The notes beneath the pieces were generated by a model. It was not told where the DNA came from. It did no database searches and saw nothing but the letters and a program-made list of their open reading frames with translations. This document shows, one piece after another, positions 1 to 7,917 of a stretch of 47,177 nt of DNA. How positions within the stretch are numbered: position 1 is the stretch's first letter; each line of letters begins with the position of its first letter. The position numbers and the translations under genes were made by a program. Origin of the DNA: Archangium sp. (lineage in GTDB: Bacteria > Myxococcota > Myxococcia > Myxococcales > Myxococcaceae); the NCBI GenBank assembly GCA_043753955.1, contig JAYUVR010000164.1, positions 1-47,177 on the forward strand, written 5' to 3'.

Positions 1-1
1 T

Positions 2-643
2 GCCTTCACTGGCGCCATCGTCTACCTCCCTCCCGAAGCCAAAGATGTTGTCACCATGATGGCTCGGCTCGTGAGGTGGATCAAAGAGCAAACAGAGCTG
101 CCTTGCCCGTTGGTTGCTGGGCTTGTCCATTACCAATTCGCGACAGTCCACCCATTTTACGACGGCAATGGGCGCAGCGCTCGATTGCTCACCACGTATG
201 TATTGCACTTAGGTGGGTATGACTTGAAGGGGTTGTATTCGCTTGAAGAGTATTACGCTCGCGACCTTCAAAGGTATTACCAAGCCATTAGCGTTGGACC
301 TTCGCATAATTACTACGAGGGGCGCGCTGAAGCAGATGTCACGGCTTGGCTCGAATATTTTGTCCAGGGCGTGGCCGAGGCGTTTGAGAAGGTGTTGAGT
401 CAAATGGAGCGCTCTAAAACCTCGGTAGATGAATCGGAACGACTGCGCAAACTCGACACCAAACAACGCAGAGTGCTCCAGCTCTTTGAGGAATACGAGA
501 CGGTGACAGCGAAGCAGGTGGGTGAGCTGTTTGGGTACAAGCCAAGGACGGCAACTGCGCTGTGCTCTCTTTGGGTGAAAAGTGGCTTTTTTGTGGTTGT
601 CGACCCCTCCAAGAAGGGGCGGAAGTATTCACTTACACAATAG
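2..643 (+). CDS. Fic/DOC family protein, 5' end outside window, C-terminal winged-helix-like tail
   Basis: The frame is open from the window edge ('FTGAIVYLPPEAKDVV' precedes the first Met at 56). Canonical Fic motif 'HPFYDGNGRSAR' (HxFx[D/E]GNGRxxR). Confidence 0.85.
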   Translation, partial: AFTGAIVYLPPEAKDVVTMMARLVRWIKEQTELPCPLVAGLVHYQFATVHPFYDGNGRSARLLTTYVLHLGGYDLKGLYSLEEYYARDLQRYYQAISVGPSHNYYEGRAEADVTAWLEYFVQGVAEAFEKVLSQMERSKTSVDESERLRKLDTKQRRVLQLFEEYETVTAKQVGELFGYKPRTATALCSLWVKSGFFVVVDPSKKGRKYSLTQ

Positions 644-684
644 TCATCCCTCTCCATCGGCTGACGAAGGTATTTTCTTAAAAT

Positions 685-1644
685 CTACGGCCTTTTTTGC
701 CCTGCCCCTACCTTGCGAATCGTTGCATCGAGGGTAGCTACCCGCGCTTTGAGAAGTTTCGCAAATCGAGTCTTCATTTCATTTGGCAGAAAGCACCGTG
801 AAAGCAAATCAAGCGAGGGAACCATCGCGGCCTTCATCTCTCCGAGAACTCTGATCGTCGCCTTCGCCGGAAGACCGCAATATTCAGCGAACGCCATCCA
901 TCGACGGGGTGTCACCAGACGTCGAGTTCCTCCGACAGGGAGCGCAAGTTGGTCGCCGTCAATCACCAAGTCTGTGCAGAATAAATCGTACGCTAGCGAG
1001 AATCGGTAGAGGCCATCTGTGCCCCGAAGCAGCGACAAGTTCTTGAGGTGCATGTCGCCGTTGCCGGTAACCCAGGCGAAGAGTACCTGGCGAAAGAAGG
1101 CCAGCCCTGCCACTCCCGGCTCGGCTGCATAGCGTCGAATAAGTCGCATGCCGAGTTCCGCAGACCCTTCGTATTTTTGCTTGGGCGCCAACTCAGCCAG
1201 CTGACAAAAGTCTTCTTGAAGCAATTTTACGCCGTCTACAGTTCGGTCAAACCGGCGCACCAAATAAGCCAAACTGTTGTCGCGGAGCCTGACCAACCCA
1301 TGAGGCGGAACGACGAGACCCGCCGCGCTCGCCATACGCATGGTGACATGTTCATTTTCGGGGAGATGGGGAAAGACCTGCGCTTGGGGCTTCAAGATGA
1401 AGTGCCCCCTTTCCATTGCCACTCTGAGCGTGGCGCGATCGGCCGTGAGCCCCACCGAGACCTTTCGTTGAACGCCCGACAGCGACGTGTGCCCCACCAT
1501 CGCTTGGGCCAACGTATGGAATTTGGCGATCTCCAAGTCGATGGTTGGAATACGCGTGGAACCGAAAAGTGTCTTCGCGCATGCCGGGTGATACTCGCTC
1601 TCGCCGTCAACATCCTTCAGGCAGACCAGACAGCGAGCCTTCAT
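685..1644 (-). CDS. hipT: HipT-like Ser/Thr kinase toxin (HipA C-terminal kinase core only)
   Basis: 'GNGDMHLKNLSLL' catalytic loop, 'LAYDLFCT', Gly-rich loop 'TSLSGVQRKVSV'. The HipA N-terminal subdomain is missing and is encoded by the upstream ORF. Start set at ATG 1644 ('MKARCLVCL'), which overlaps the upstream stop as ATGA (1641-1644). Confidence 0.8.
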   Translation of the reverse strand: MKARCLVCLKDVDGESEYHPACAKTLFGSTRIPTIDLEIAKFHTLAQAMVGHTSLSGVQRKVSVGLTADRATLRVAMERGHFILKPQAQVFPHLPENEHVTMRMASAAGLVVPPHGLVRLRDNSLAYLVRRFDRTVDGVKLLQEDFCQLAELAPKQKYEGSAELGMRLIRRYAAEPGVAGLAFFRQVLFAWVTGNGDMHLKNLSLLRGTDGLYRFSLAYDLFCTDLVIDGDQLALPVGGTRRLVTPRRWMAFAEYCGLPAKATIRVLGEMKAAMVPSLDLLSRCFLPNEMKTRFAKLLKARVATLDATIRKVGAGQKRP

Positions 1645-1976
1645 TGTATGCCTTTGGTGGCGTCGATGATTTCTACCGCGCCAATGCAGTCGCGACATGT
1701 CGCGAGCAAGAGGCCTAAAGCGTCGTCCTTCGAGATTTTGAGTTTGGTAGTACTGAGTTCAAGCAACCAGCCTTCGGGAAGGAGGTTCGCAAAAAATGGA
1801 TGGAGGTCGCGATGGTCATAAGGTTCTGCCCGAAGCGGAAGCGTGAGCGAAATAGGCACTCGTTCCGGTGTCATCAACCAGACGCTGTCGTAGGTGAATC
1901 GAGTACCAGTATCTCGTTCCTCAATCGTTCCAACTCGAATGCCATCGAGCTGAACGATTCCATGGCGATTGCTCAT
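1641..1976 (-). CDS. hipS: HipS-like protein (stand-alone HipA N-terminal subdomain)
   Basis: 111-aa ORF with 'FTYDSVWL' and 'FFANLLPEGWL', typical of the HipA N-terminal domain. ATGA start/stop overlaps at both ends (1973-1976 and 1641-1644). Confidence 0.7.
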   Translation of the reverse strand: MSNRHGIVQLDGIRVGTIEERDTGTRFTYDSVWLMTPERVPISLTLPLRAEPYDHRDLHPFFANLLPEGWLLELSTTKLKISKDDALGLLLATCRDCIGAVEIIDATKGIQ

Positions 1977-2251
1977 GGCGCGGGCTCCTCAACGCGAACT
2001 GCGTCGATGGCACCGAGTGCTTTTCCAAAGACCGCCAGCACTCGGTTGACTACGTCCATGCGAAGAGTCGCCTTCCCTCGCTCTATGTCCCAGACCACGC
2101 GAGGGCCAACTCCGGCTAACTCAGAGAGTGCGCGTTGTGTCAGGCCCGCGGTTCGACGGCGCTCACGAACGAGGTGCGCAAGCACGCTTGTTGTCCGATC
2201 GGGAGAAATATGGCCAGAATCCGGAGTTCCAGAGCGCCTACTCGAGGACAT
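1973..2251 (-). CDS. hipB: HipB-like XRE-family HTH antitoxin/repressor
   Basis: HTH 'LTQRALSELAGVGPRVVWDIERGK'. Start chosen at ATG 2251 (92 aa). ATG 2323 is an alternative but lies in AT-rich, promoter-like sequence. Confidence 0.7.
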   Translation of the reverse strand: MSSSRRSGTPDSGHISPDRTTSVLAHLVRERRRTAGLTQRALSELAGVGPRVVWDIERGKATLRMDVVNRVLAVFGKALGAIDAVRVEEPAP

Positions 2252-2262
2252 TGACTCATATT

Positions 2263-2278
2263 TATCCCGATAGGGATA
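2263..2278. promoter_or_regulatory. Putative HipB operator 1, perfect palindrome TATCCC-GATA-GGGATA
   Basis: Read directly from the sequence, 12 nt upstream of the hipB ATG at 2251. The half-sites match the E. coli hipB operator half-sites TATCC/GGATA. Confidence 0.45.
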
Positions 2279-2332
2279 TTTATTCAACTTCGAACTCAGT
2301 GGAGCCTCGAGAGACCCTCCCATTCTATTTTT

Positions 2333-2348
2333 TCTCCCGATAAGGATA
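2333..2348. promoter_or_regulatory. Putative HipB operator 2, imperfect copy TCTCCC-GATA-AGGATA
   Basis: Same 6-4-6 architecture, centred 70 bp from operator 1. A TAGAAT-like hexamer lies on the minus strand just downstream of it. Confidence 0.35.
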
Positions 2349-2626
2349 AATACTCTGCCCTCTGCGAGGTGCGAGCGTCGGTGCTTCAACATAGTATCGA
2401 CCACTCCCAAGGCAGCGCTGGCCGGCCTGAACTCGAAGCTCTTGGCGCGGTTCGACAAAGCGTGCTCAAGCACAAACCAGACATCGCCTAGAAAAATACA
2501 ACAAGGAACACGGGGCTCGTTAACAAGTGCCAGCCCAGGTGAACCCTTGATTCATAATTTTGGAGCTCAGGTTCCACCTCAATGTTGAAGAACAACCTGA
2601 AGGCGTTGAGGAGCTCAGGAATCACC

Positions 2627-3795
2627 ATGCACGGCCATTTGACATCGATTGACATCTCTCGAAACTCGTGGCGTACAGCGCCCGCCTTGATTCGGTTTGT
2701 CATTTTGATTCTGACGGCGCATGCTGGAGAAAGCCGGCCTTGTCCCCACGGGAGGCGCCTGTTTTCACAGTTCAGAAGAATGTGCTTCCCCTCAGGACGC
2801 CTGCGTAGGTTCCACCTGCCCGAGGCGCTGTCAAAGTACCGCTCTGGGTGGCCAAAACCAACCATGCCGGAGAGTGGACCGTCTTACAGCGTGCGACCCG
2901 GGCTTGTATTGCAATCAAAATGAAACCTGCGAAGCCAAGCATCCGCCAGGAGCTTCATGCGATGGGTGGGACGGCTGCCACTCAAGCTGGTGCGAGTTCG
3001 GGGCTAATGGCTTCACCTGCGTCGCTTATCCCGGACCAGGGTCTGCGTGCCAATTACCTCAATCACCTGGGCCTCACTGCTCTCCAGACACATATTGTGG
3101 AAAATATGACATCTGCACCGTGCCGACGAAAAAGGTCAACGCACCATGTGTCGGTTACGACGGTGAATGTCTAGGCCCCTCTCGAATGCGTTCAAGGAAA
3201 GTGCTCTACCCCGGGAAAGGTCGGCTCCGTCTGCACCACCTACTCATGTGAATCGCCGTTGAGCTGCGACGAAGTGCTTCGCACTTGCCAAGAGATTCTG
3301 CCTGCGAAAACGGGCGAACCGTGTACAGATTCCGCACACCCCTGCGAACACCCTACCCTCTGCATCGGGAAATACATCAACGTCGATGGTGGAATGGGAA
3401 CTCAGGGCACATGCAAAATTCCCCAAGTGGGCGACACGTGCGCCTCGGCGGCTGAATGCCCTGAGCATTTCTTCTGCAATGACAGTCATCTCTGCGCGGC
3501 GGCCACTGCGGGGGGCCCATGCGCGAGTTCCTCAAACTGCAGAGCAACCGAGTACTGTGGCTCGGCAAACACATGTATCTCGCGGTTCGCGACTGATGAA
3601 CACTGTGACATCGGCGTTTCAGATTCGTGCCTCACCTTGAATGACGTTTGCAATGTCTTTCCAAATGACACCACACCGCGTTGTCACCCTTGGGTTGGCT
3701 TAGGAGAAGCCTGCAGCTCAGACGACAATTGCTACCTTTCCTTCGTTTGTCGCACCAACGTGTGCGTCCCCAGCGGTCCTCCGGCGTGTGCTTGA
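2627..3795 (+). pseudogene. Secreted Cys-rich repeat protein, reading frame broken twice
   Basis: ATG 2627 (AGGA 6 nt upstream) gives a Sec signal 'WRTAPALIRFVILILTAHA/GE' in frame 2. The Cys-rich body runs in frame 0 from about 2745 and in frame 1 from 3175 ('APLECVQGKCSTPGKVGSVC'). Removing one C from the C4 run at 2744-2747 and one nt near 3172-3174 gives one continuous ORF of repeated C-x-C-x-C-x-C modules. Confidence 0.6.
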
Positions 3796-3834
3796 ACGGA
3801 ACGTGCCGCGCCGCCACGTGCCAGTGAGTTTCAG

Positions 3835-4941
3835 TCAGTGGCCACTCACTCTGAAGAGAGCCATCAAGATCTCGAACAAAATGAGCAACACCACCATCGT
3901 CTCGAGTGTCAACGCTCGGCCGGTGTCTGTCTCACCCTTCAGCAGACCATACGCTTGCTGAAGCAACCGGTGTTTGCGCGTCACTTGTTCTGTCCATCGA
4001 ACGATGCGCAGCTCCGTCATCGCGGCCTCATAGACACGCGCTAAATAGACATCGCCTACAATCTTGAGCGAATTCTCAACGCGCTCGATGAACTCAGACA
4101 ACTCAATCAAAGTCTGCATCAGCTCACGCGCGAGACGCTTGTATGGGCTTGAGAGCAACGAGGCCTGCTTTTGACCAACCACATCGTACATGCGAGCAAG
4201 CTCAGTATCGAGCACCGCATCGAAATACCTCAACTCAAGCAGCTGTGCGTTTGCAATTTCCAACAAGTCGACGATGTCTTCGCTGCCCGAAGGCTCATAA
4301 ACAAACGCGGAATTCCATTCGACGATGGCCAAGTCGTACGGTGTGTAGCTGAAGTGGTGCTCGAGCACTTCTCGTTCTTCAGCGAGGGACAACGTCTCTT
4401 TTTCCCCCAAGAGTAAGCGAGCCAAGCCCGGCGACTTCAATACGTCTTCAGCAGTAGGTTTGCCTTCTAATTCGCGAACAAAAATAACAGTGTACCCTTC
4501 ATTCTTTTCCCACAGATGTGGGGCTTCAAAATGATGCGCCAGCAGCTTGCGCAACTTGCCCACTTCTTCCAAAGCCAGCGCATCGACGCTCTTGCTGTCA
4601 TACACCTCGTCGGCAACCGGAATCAGTTCGTCGAGGTTTGAGCCTTTCGCTACCGGTACACGCACCGAAATAGAAATCGCGCCATGGTGAAAAAGCGCGG
4701 CACTGACTTTGACCTCGTAATTTTGAGTCGTCGCGCTCAACATGTGCGAGCCCAAGTCAACCAACACAGGGGGGTCAGACAATTGAATGAACTCGCTGCC
4801 CTCACGGCGGAGAGAGAGTCTTCGAATGTCAGCTCCGCCGGTGGAAATTGATACTCGACACCCTTCTAAATCGATGGTGTCGGCCACATCAAAAATACGA
4901 GTGCAGATGAGGTCGGCGTCAAGCAGCCGAAGCATGGTCAC
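3835..4941 (-). CDS. RMD1/DUF155-like protein with a C-terminal TM helix
   Basis: 'SLKIVGDVYLARVYEAA' followed by a terminal hydrophobic helix 'LETMVVLLILFEILMALF'. The family call is from memory of DUF155 architecture. Confidence 0.5.
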   Translation of the reverse strand: MTMLRLLDADLICTRIFDVADTIDLEGCRVSISTGGADIRRLSLRREGSEFIQLSDPPVLVDLGSHMLSATTQNYEVKVSAALFHHGAISISVRVPVAKGSNLDELIPVADEVYDSKSVDALALEEVGKLRKLLAHHFEAPHLWEKNEGYTVIFVRELEGKPTAEDVLKSPGLARLLLGEKETLSLAEEREVLEHHFSYTPYDLAIVEWNSAFVYEPSGSEDIVDLLEIANAQLLELRYFDAVLDTELARMYDVVGQKQASLLSSPYKRLARELMQTLIELSEFIERVENSLKIVGDVYLARVYEAAMTELRIVRWTEQVTRKHRLLQQAYGLLKGETDTGRALTLETMVVLLILFEILMALFRVSGH

Positions 4942-5169
4942 GATGTGTACCCCCGAATGACCAACCTAACCCGCCCCCTTGCCCTTCGGCATTTCATCTT
5001 TGAACTCAACTGCGATTTCGGAATGCACGGTTGCAATCAAAAGTCGTCGAAACGATACGCGCGAGAGGCGAAGTTGTAGAAATTCTTCATTTCCCTCGGC
5101 GTACTCGCCATTGGCCTTGACCTTGCTGAAGCGTGCATCAGCCACTTCGGCACGAACAAGGAAAAAGTC

Positions 5170-5766
5170 ATGAAGCTGTTTCGCACGCTCGTCAGCACGT
5201 TGGTTCTTGCCGGTTGCGGCCCTACTCTGGCTGACGAAGATGAAGTCACCACTGCCAGCACGAGTGAAGCACTGACGTGTTCATTCTATTCTGAAAATTT
5301 TGATGACTCCGTAGCCAACGAGGGAACCTTTTCTACGCATGCCGTAGGTTGGTGTGACACCTATGTGGCAATTGCGAGCAACACGCCCCCGTGTTTGCCA
5401 ATTGGGAAAACGTTGCGAACTAACAGCGGGACCCTTGACCCGACGATTTGGGTTCGTCGCGGTAAGACCAGCTGCACCGGCGTACGCGTGACGTATTCGT
5501 ATTACCAATTCGCAGATGCCGCGACGAGCCTGACCTATTCAGCGTCGGGGGATATCACCGAGAGCTGCGAGAAGAGCGGCGCCTTCAGCACAGCCACCCT
5601 GAACACCGGCACTCAAGTGTGCCAATCGAAGTCTGTGTTGATTCCCTTTGGGACTCTGTCGAGCAACGACAAGAGCCTCTACATTCGCTTCGAGCACCCA
5701 TCGACCAACGTAAACGCCATCTGGTTCGACAGCGTCACGCTGGCCATGGAAGGCTGCAGCTGCTGA
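5170..5766 (+). CDS. Hypothetical lipoprotein
   Basis: Lipobox 'LVLAGC' after 'MKLFRTLVST'. AAGGA lies 7 nt upstream of the ATG. No recognisable domain. Confidence 0.6.
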   Translation: MKLFRTLVSTLVLAGCGPTLADEDEVTTASTSEALTCSFYSENFDDSVANEGTFSTHAVGWCDTYVAIASNTPPCLPIGKTLRTNSGTLDPTIWVRRGKTSCTGVRVTYSYYQFADAATSLTYSASGDITESCEKSGAFSTATLNTGTQVCQSKSVLIPFGTLSSNDKSLYIRFEHPSTNVNAIWFDSVTLAMEGCSC

Positions 5767-5769
5767 CAG

Positions 5770-6396
5770 CTATTGCCCCACGGGGCGAGTCTTGTGCTCC
5801 CAGACTCCACGGGCGCGAAAGACGCGTTCGACATAGTCGGCATGAAGCGCGTGCAGTGGGGCCGCCACCGCTTCGCCTTCAAGCAGCTCAATCGCTTCGG
5901 CGATGGCTTCGAGGGTCGAGCGGCCGGCTTCAAATTTCGACTCACGAAGCCGAAGCACCTTCGTACTCTTCTGCGGTAACGCAAGTTTCGGCGCGTCACG
6001 AAGCGAAGGCAACTTGGTGAACATGCGACGCGTTTGGCGCCAAGTGCCATCGAGAATGACGAGCCGAGTCACCGCTTCTCGATTCCAAGTTTCAGTCTGT
6101 TCGCTGGGAAACAGCAGATGCGTGCCGGGGTTCACTTCAGCAGACAGCATGCTCTTCGCAGGTTCGGAATGTTCCCCAAATTCGAGCACGCGCATCTTGG
6201 GCATGGCCAACGCCGCGATGCGAGCGGTGCCGGTCGATTTCCAGCTTTCTCGCTCATGCCGCACCACCAGTACTTCAGTGCACGTGGTGACGATAGGAAG
6301 CGCAGCGCAAATACAATACGCCTCGAGAATCCAACAGCGTTGGCAACGACCGGGTTGACCTTCGGTGGTAAATGACCGCACGACAAATGCGCTCAT
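5770..6396 (-). CDS. tapT: DTW-domain protein, tRNA-uridine aminocarboxypropyltransferase (TapT/YfiP-like)
   Basis: N-terminal 'CQRCWILEAYCIC' cysteine cluster and the 'LVILDGTWRQTRRM' DTW motif. Confidence 0.65.
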   Translation of the reverse strand: MSAFVVRSFTTEGQPGRCQRCWILEAYCICAALPIVTTCTEVLVVRHERESWKSTGTARIAALAMPKMRVLEFGEHSEPAKSMLSAEVNPGTHLLFPSEQTETWNREAVTRLVILDGTWRQTRRMFTKLPSLRDAPKLALPQKSTKVLRLRESKFEAGRSTLEAIAEAIELLEGEAVAAPLHALHADYVERVFRARGVWEHKTRPVGQ

Positions 6397-6399
6397 ACC

Positions 6400-6618
6400 T
6401 CACTCAAGCGGGCGAAGAAGGGCACTCTTTGGAAAACAGCGATTACTCGCCGGGCTGCTCGTTTTAGTAGCTTCGCAATTTTTGAAATACCTGGTCGCCT
6501 CGCTGCCTTTTGTATTGAAGTCGTGCAGTGGATGAAGAATGTGCCACTGCGGCAATTTCTTGCGTTTCACTTTTGAAATGAAAACCCAGAGTTCACCGCC
6601 AACCGGCTGAATCCTCAT
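6400..6618 (-). CDS. Small hypothetical protein (72 aa), possibly co-transcribed with the DTW gene
   Basis: The ORF ends 3 nt before the DTW-gene ATG (6396). I recognise no homology. Confidence 0.3.
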   Translation of the reverse strand: MRIQPVGGELWVFISKVKRKKLPQWHILHPLHDFNTKGSEATRYFKNCEATKTSSPASNRCFPKSALLRPLE

Positions 6619-6698
6619 CTGCTACTCATTCGGCACAGCGGTTGCTCATTGCGTGCTCCGCCGAGCGATCGTCTCGGAAAAACTGGGAGATTCCATAC

Positions 6699-7613
6699 AT
6701 GAAAAAGATATCACTGCTTCAAAATACGTTCTTTGGTGCTGCACTTTTGGCTGCCGGTTGCACCTCAGGTGTAAACGAATTGGAAATTGAAGAGCCCGGC
6801 TATGTACTGTCGGAACTTCAACAAAAACCAGGGTTCCAGCGATGTTCGACGGTTGAGCCAACAGCAGCTGAGAAGAATGCCATTGAGGCCAAAACGGCCG
6901 AACGTGCATCTCAGAATAGCAGTCTTACCGCTGCCGCAGCCGCGACAGGTGCGACCATCAACGTCTTTTTTCACGTGGTGAACAAGGGTCCCAGCGTCAC
7001 CGACGGCAATGTCACCGACAAGATGATTGCTGATCAAATCGCGGTGCTCAACGGAGCTTACGGTGGCGGCGGTTGGAAATTTGTTTTGAAGACGACCGAC
7101 CGACTGACCAACGCCAGTTGGTTTAACAACTGTCAGACCACTTCGGTTCTCAACGCGATGAAATACAAGCTCTACCAAGGCAGCGCTGACGACCTCAACA
7201 TCTATACCTGCGGCCCCACCAATGGCTTATTAGGCCGCTCTTCATTCCCTTGGGACTTTGATGACCTCAACCCTGAGCTTGATGGCGTGCTTCTGCTGCA
7301 TTCCACGTTGCCCGGCGGTTCAGCAGTACCGTACAACCTCGGAGACACCGCCACACACGAAGTGGGTCACTGGCTTGGCCTGTACCATACCTTTCAAGGT
7401 GGCTGTGCTGGCGGCGACTCTGTCTCAGACACCCCCGCGGAATCGTCACCCGCTTTTGGATGCCCCACGGGCCGTAATACCTGCACTGCAACTGGCAATG
7501 ACCCCATTACCAACTTCATGGACTATACAGATGACGCCTGTATGACTTCCTTTACCGGGGGTCAGGCCACGCGGGCCAATAATTATTTTAAGACGTATCG
7601 CGCGGGGAAATAA
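6699..7613 (+). CDS. M43 (pappalysin/ulilysin-like) zinc metalloprotease lipoprotein
   Basis: 'HEVGHWLGLYHTFQGGC' followed by 'DSVSDTP'. Lipobox 'LLAAGC'. GGGAGA precedes ATG 6699, which I prefer over the ORF-track start at 6642. Confidence 0.8.
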   Translation: MKKISLLQNTFFGAALLAAGCTSGVNELEIEEPGYVLSELQQKPGFQRCSTVEPTAAEKNAIEAKTAERASQNSSLTAAAAATGATINVFFHVVNKGPSVTDGNVTDKMIADQIAVLNGAYGGGGWKFVLKTTDRLTNASWFNNCQTTSVLNAMKYKLYQGSADDLNIYTCGPTNGLLGRSSFPWDFDDLNPELDGVLLLHSTLPGGSAVPYNLGDTATHEVGHWLGLYHTFQGGCAGGDSVSDTPAESSPAFGCPTGRNTCTATGNDPITNFMDYTDDACMTSFTGGQATRANNYFKTYRAGK

Positions 7614-7633
7614 CGCTTCGTCAGGACATTCGT

Positions 7634-7662
7634 GTTGACGGAGCGGAGTTCGCTCCGTCAAC
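7634..7662 (+). terminator. Perfect 12-bp stem hairpin downstream of the M43 gene
   Basis: gttgacggagcg-gagtt-cgctccgtcaac begins 21 nt after the stop. The following tract (ccttgtgt) is only weakly U-rich. Confidence 0.4.
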
Positions 7663-7917
7663 CTTGTGTAAGGAGGGGAAGTACGCGACGTACTCGTGCG
7701 CTTCGGGTGCGGCACCTTCCAAAGGTCTCTGTCCGTGAAACCGCGCCCCGCTTGCCCAGCGGTGGAATGTACGCCCAATAGCGTGGGGCAGTAGATCACT
7801 CTTCATTCAGTCAATGAAAGGAGATTTCCCGTTCGGCTGACAAGTGACGCCGCGTGCCCTCTTCGGCTGCATCTCTTCTTGCATTTTGTGACGAATTCAA
7901 CGCACCTCTTTTAAGCC

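Noticed and set aside
1048-1821. 257-aa plus-strand ORF
   Set aside because: It is entirely antisense to the well-supported hipT/hipS genes, is Arg/Gly/Ser-rich with no motif, and is a typical shadow ORF of GC-rich DNA.
2721-3251. ATG 2721 as the true start of the Cys-rich gene
   Set aside because: That start gives a Cys-rich secreted-type protein with no signal peptide. A good signal peptide with an SD lies just upstream in the adjacent frame, so I prefer the frameshift interpretation.
7663-7917. Glycine or ZTP riboswitch upstream of ltaE
   Set aside because: I could not find the conserved cores (ACCGAAGGGGCAA-like or CCGCCTGGGC-like) on the correct strand. It is kept only as an unclassified structured leader.
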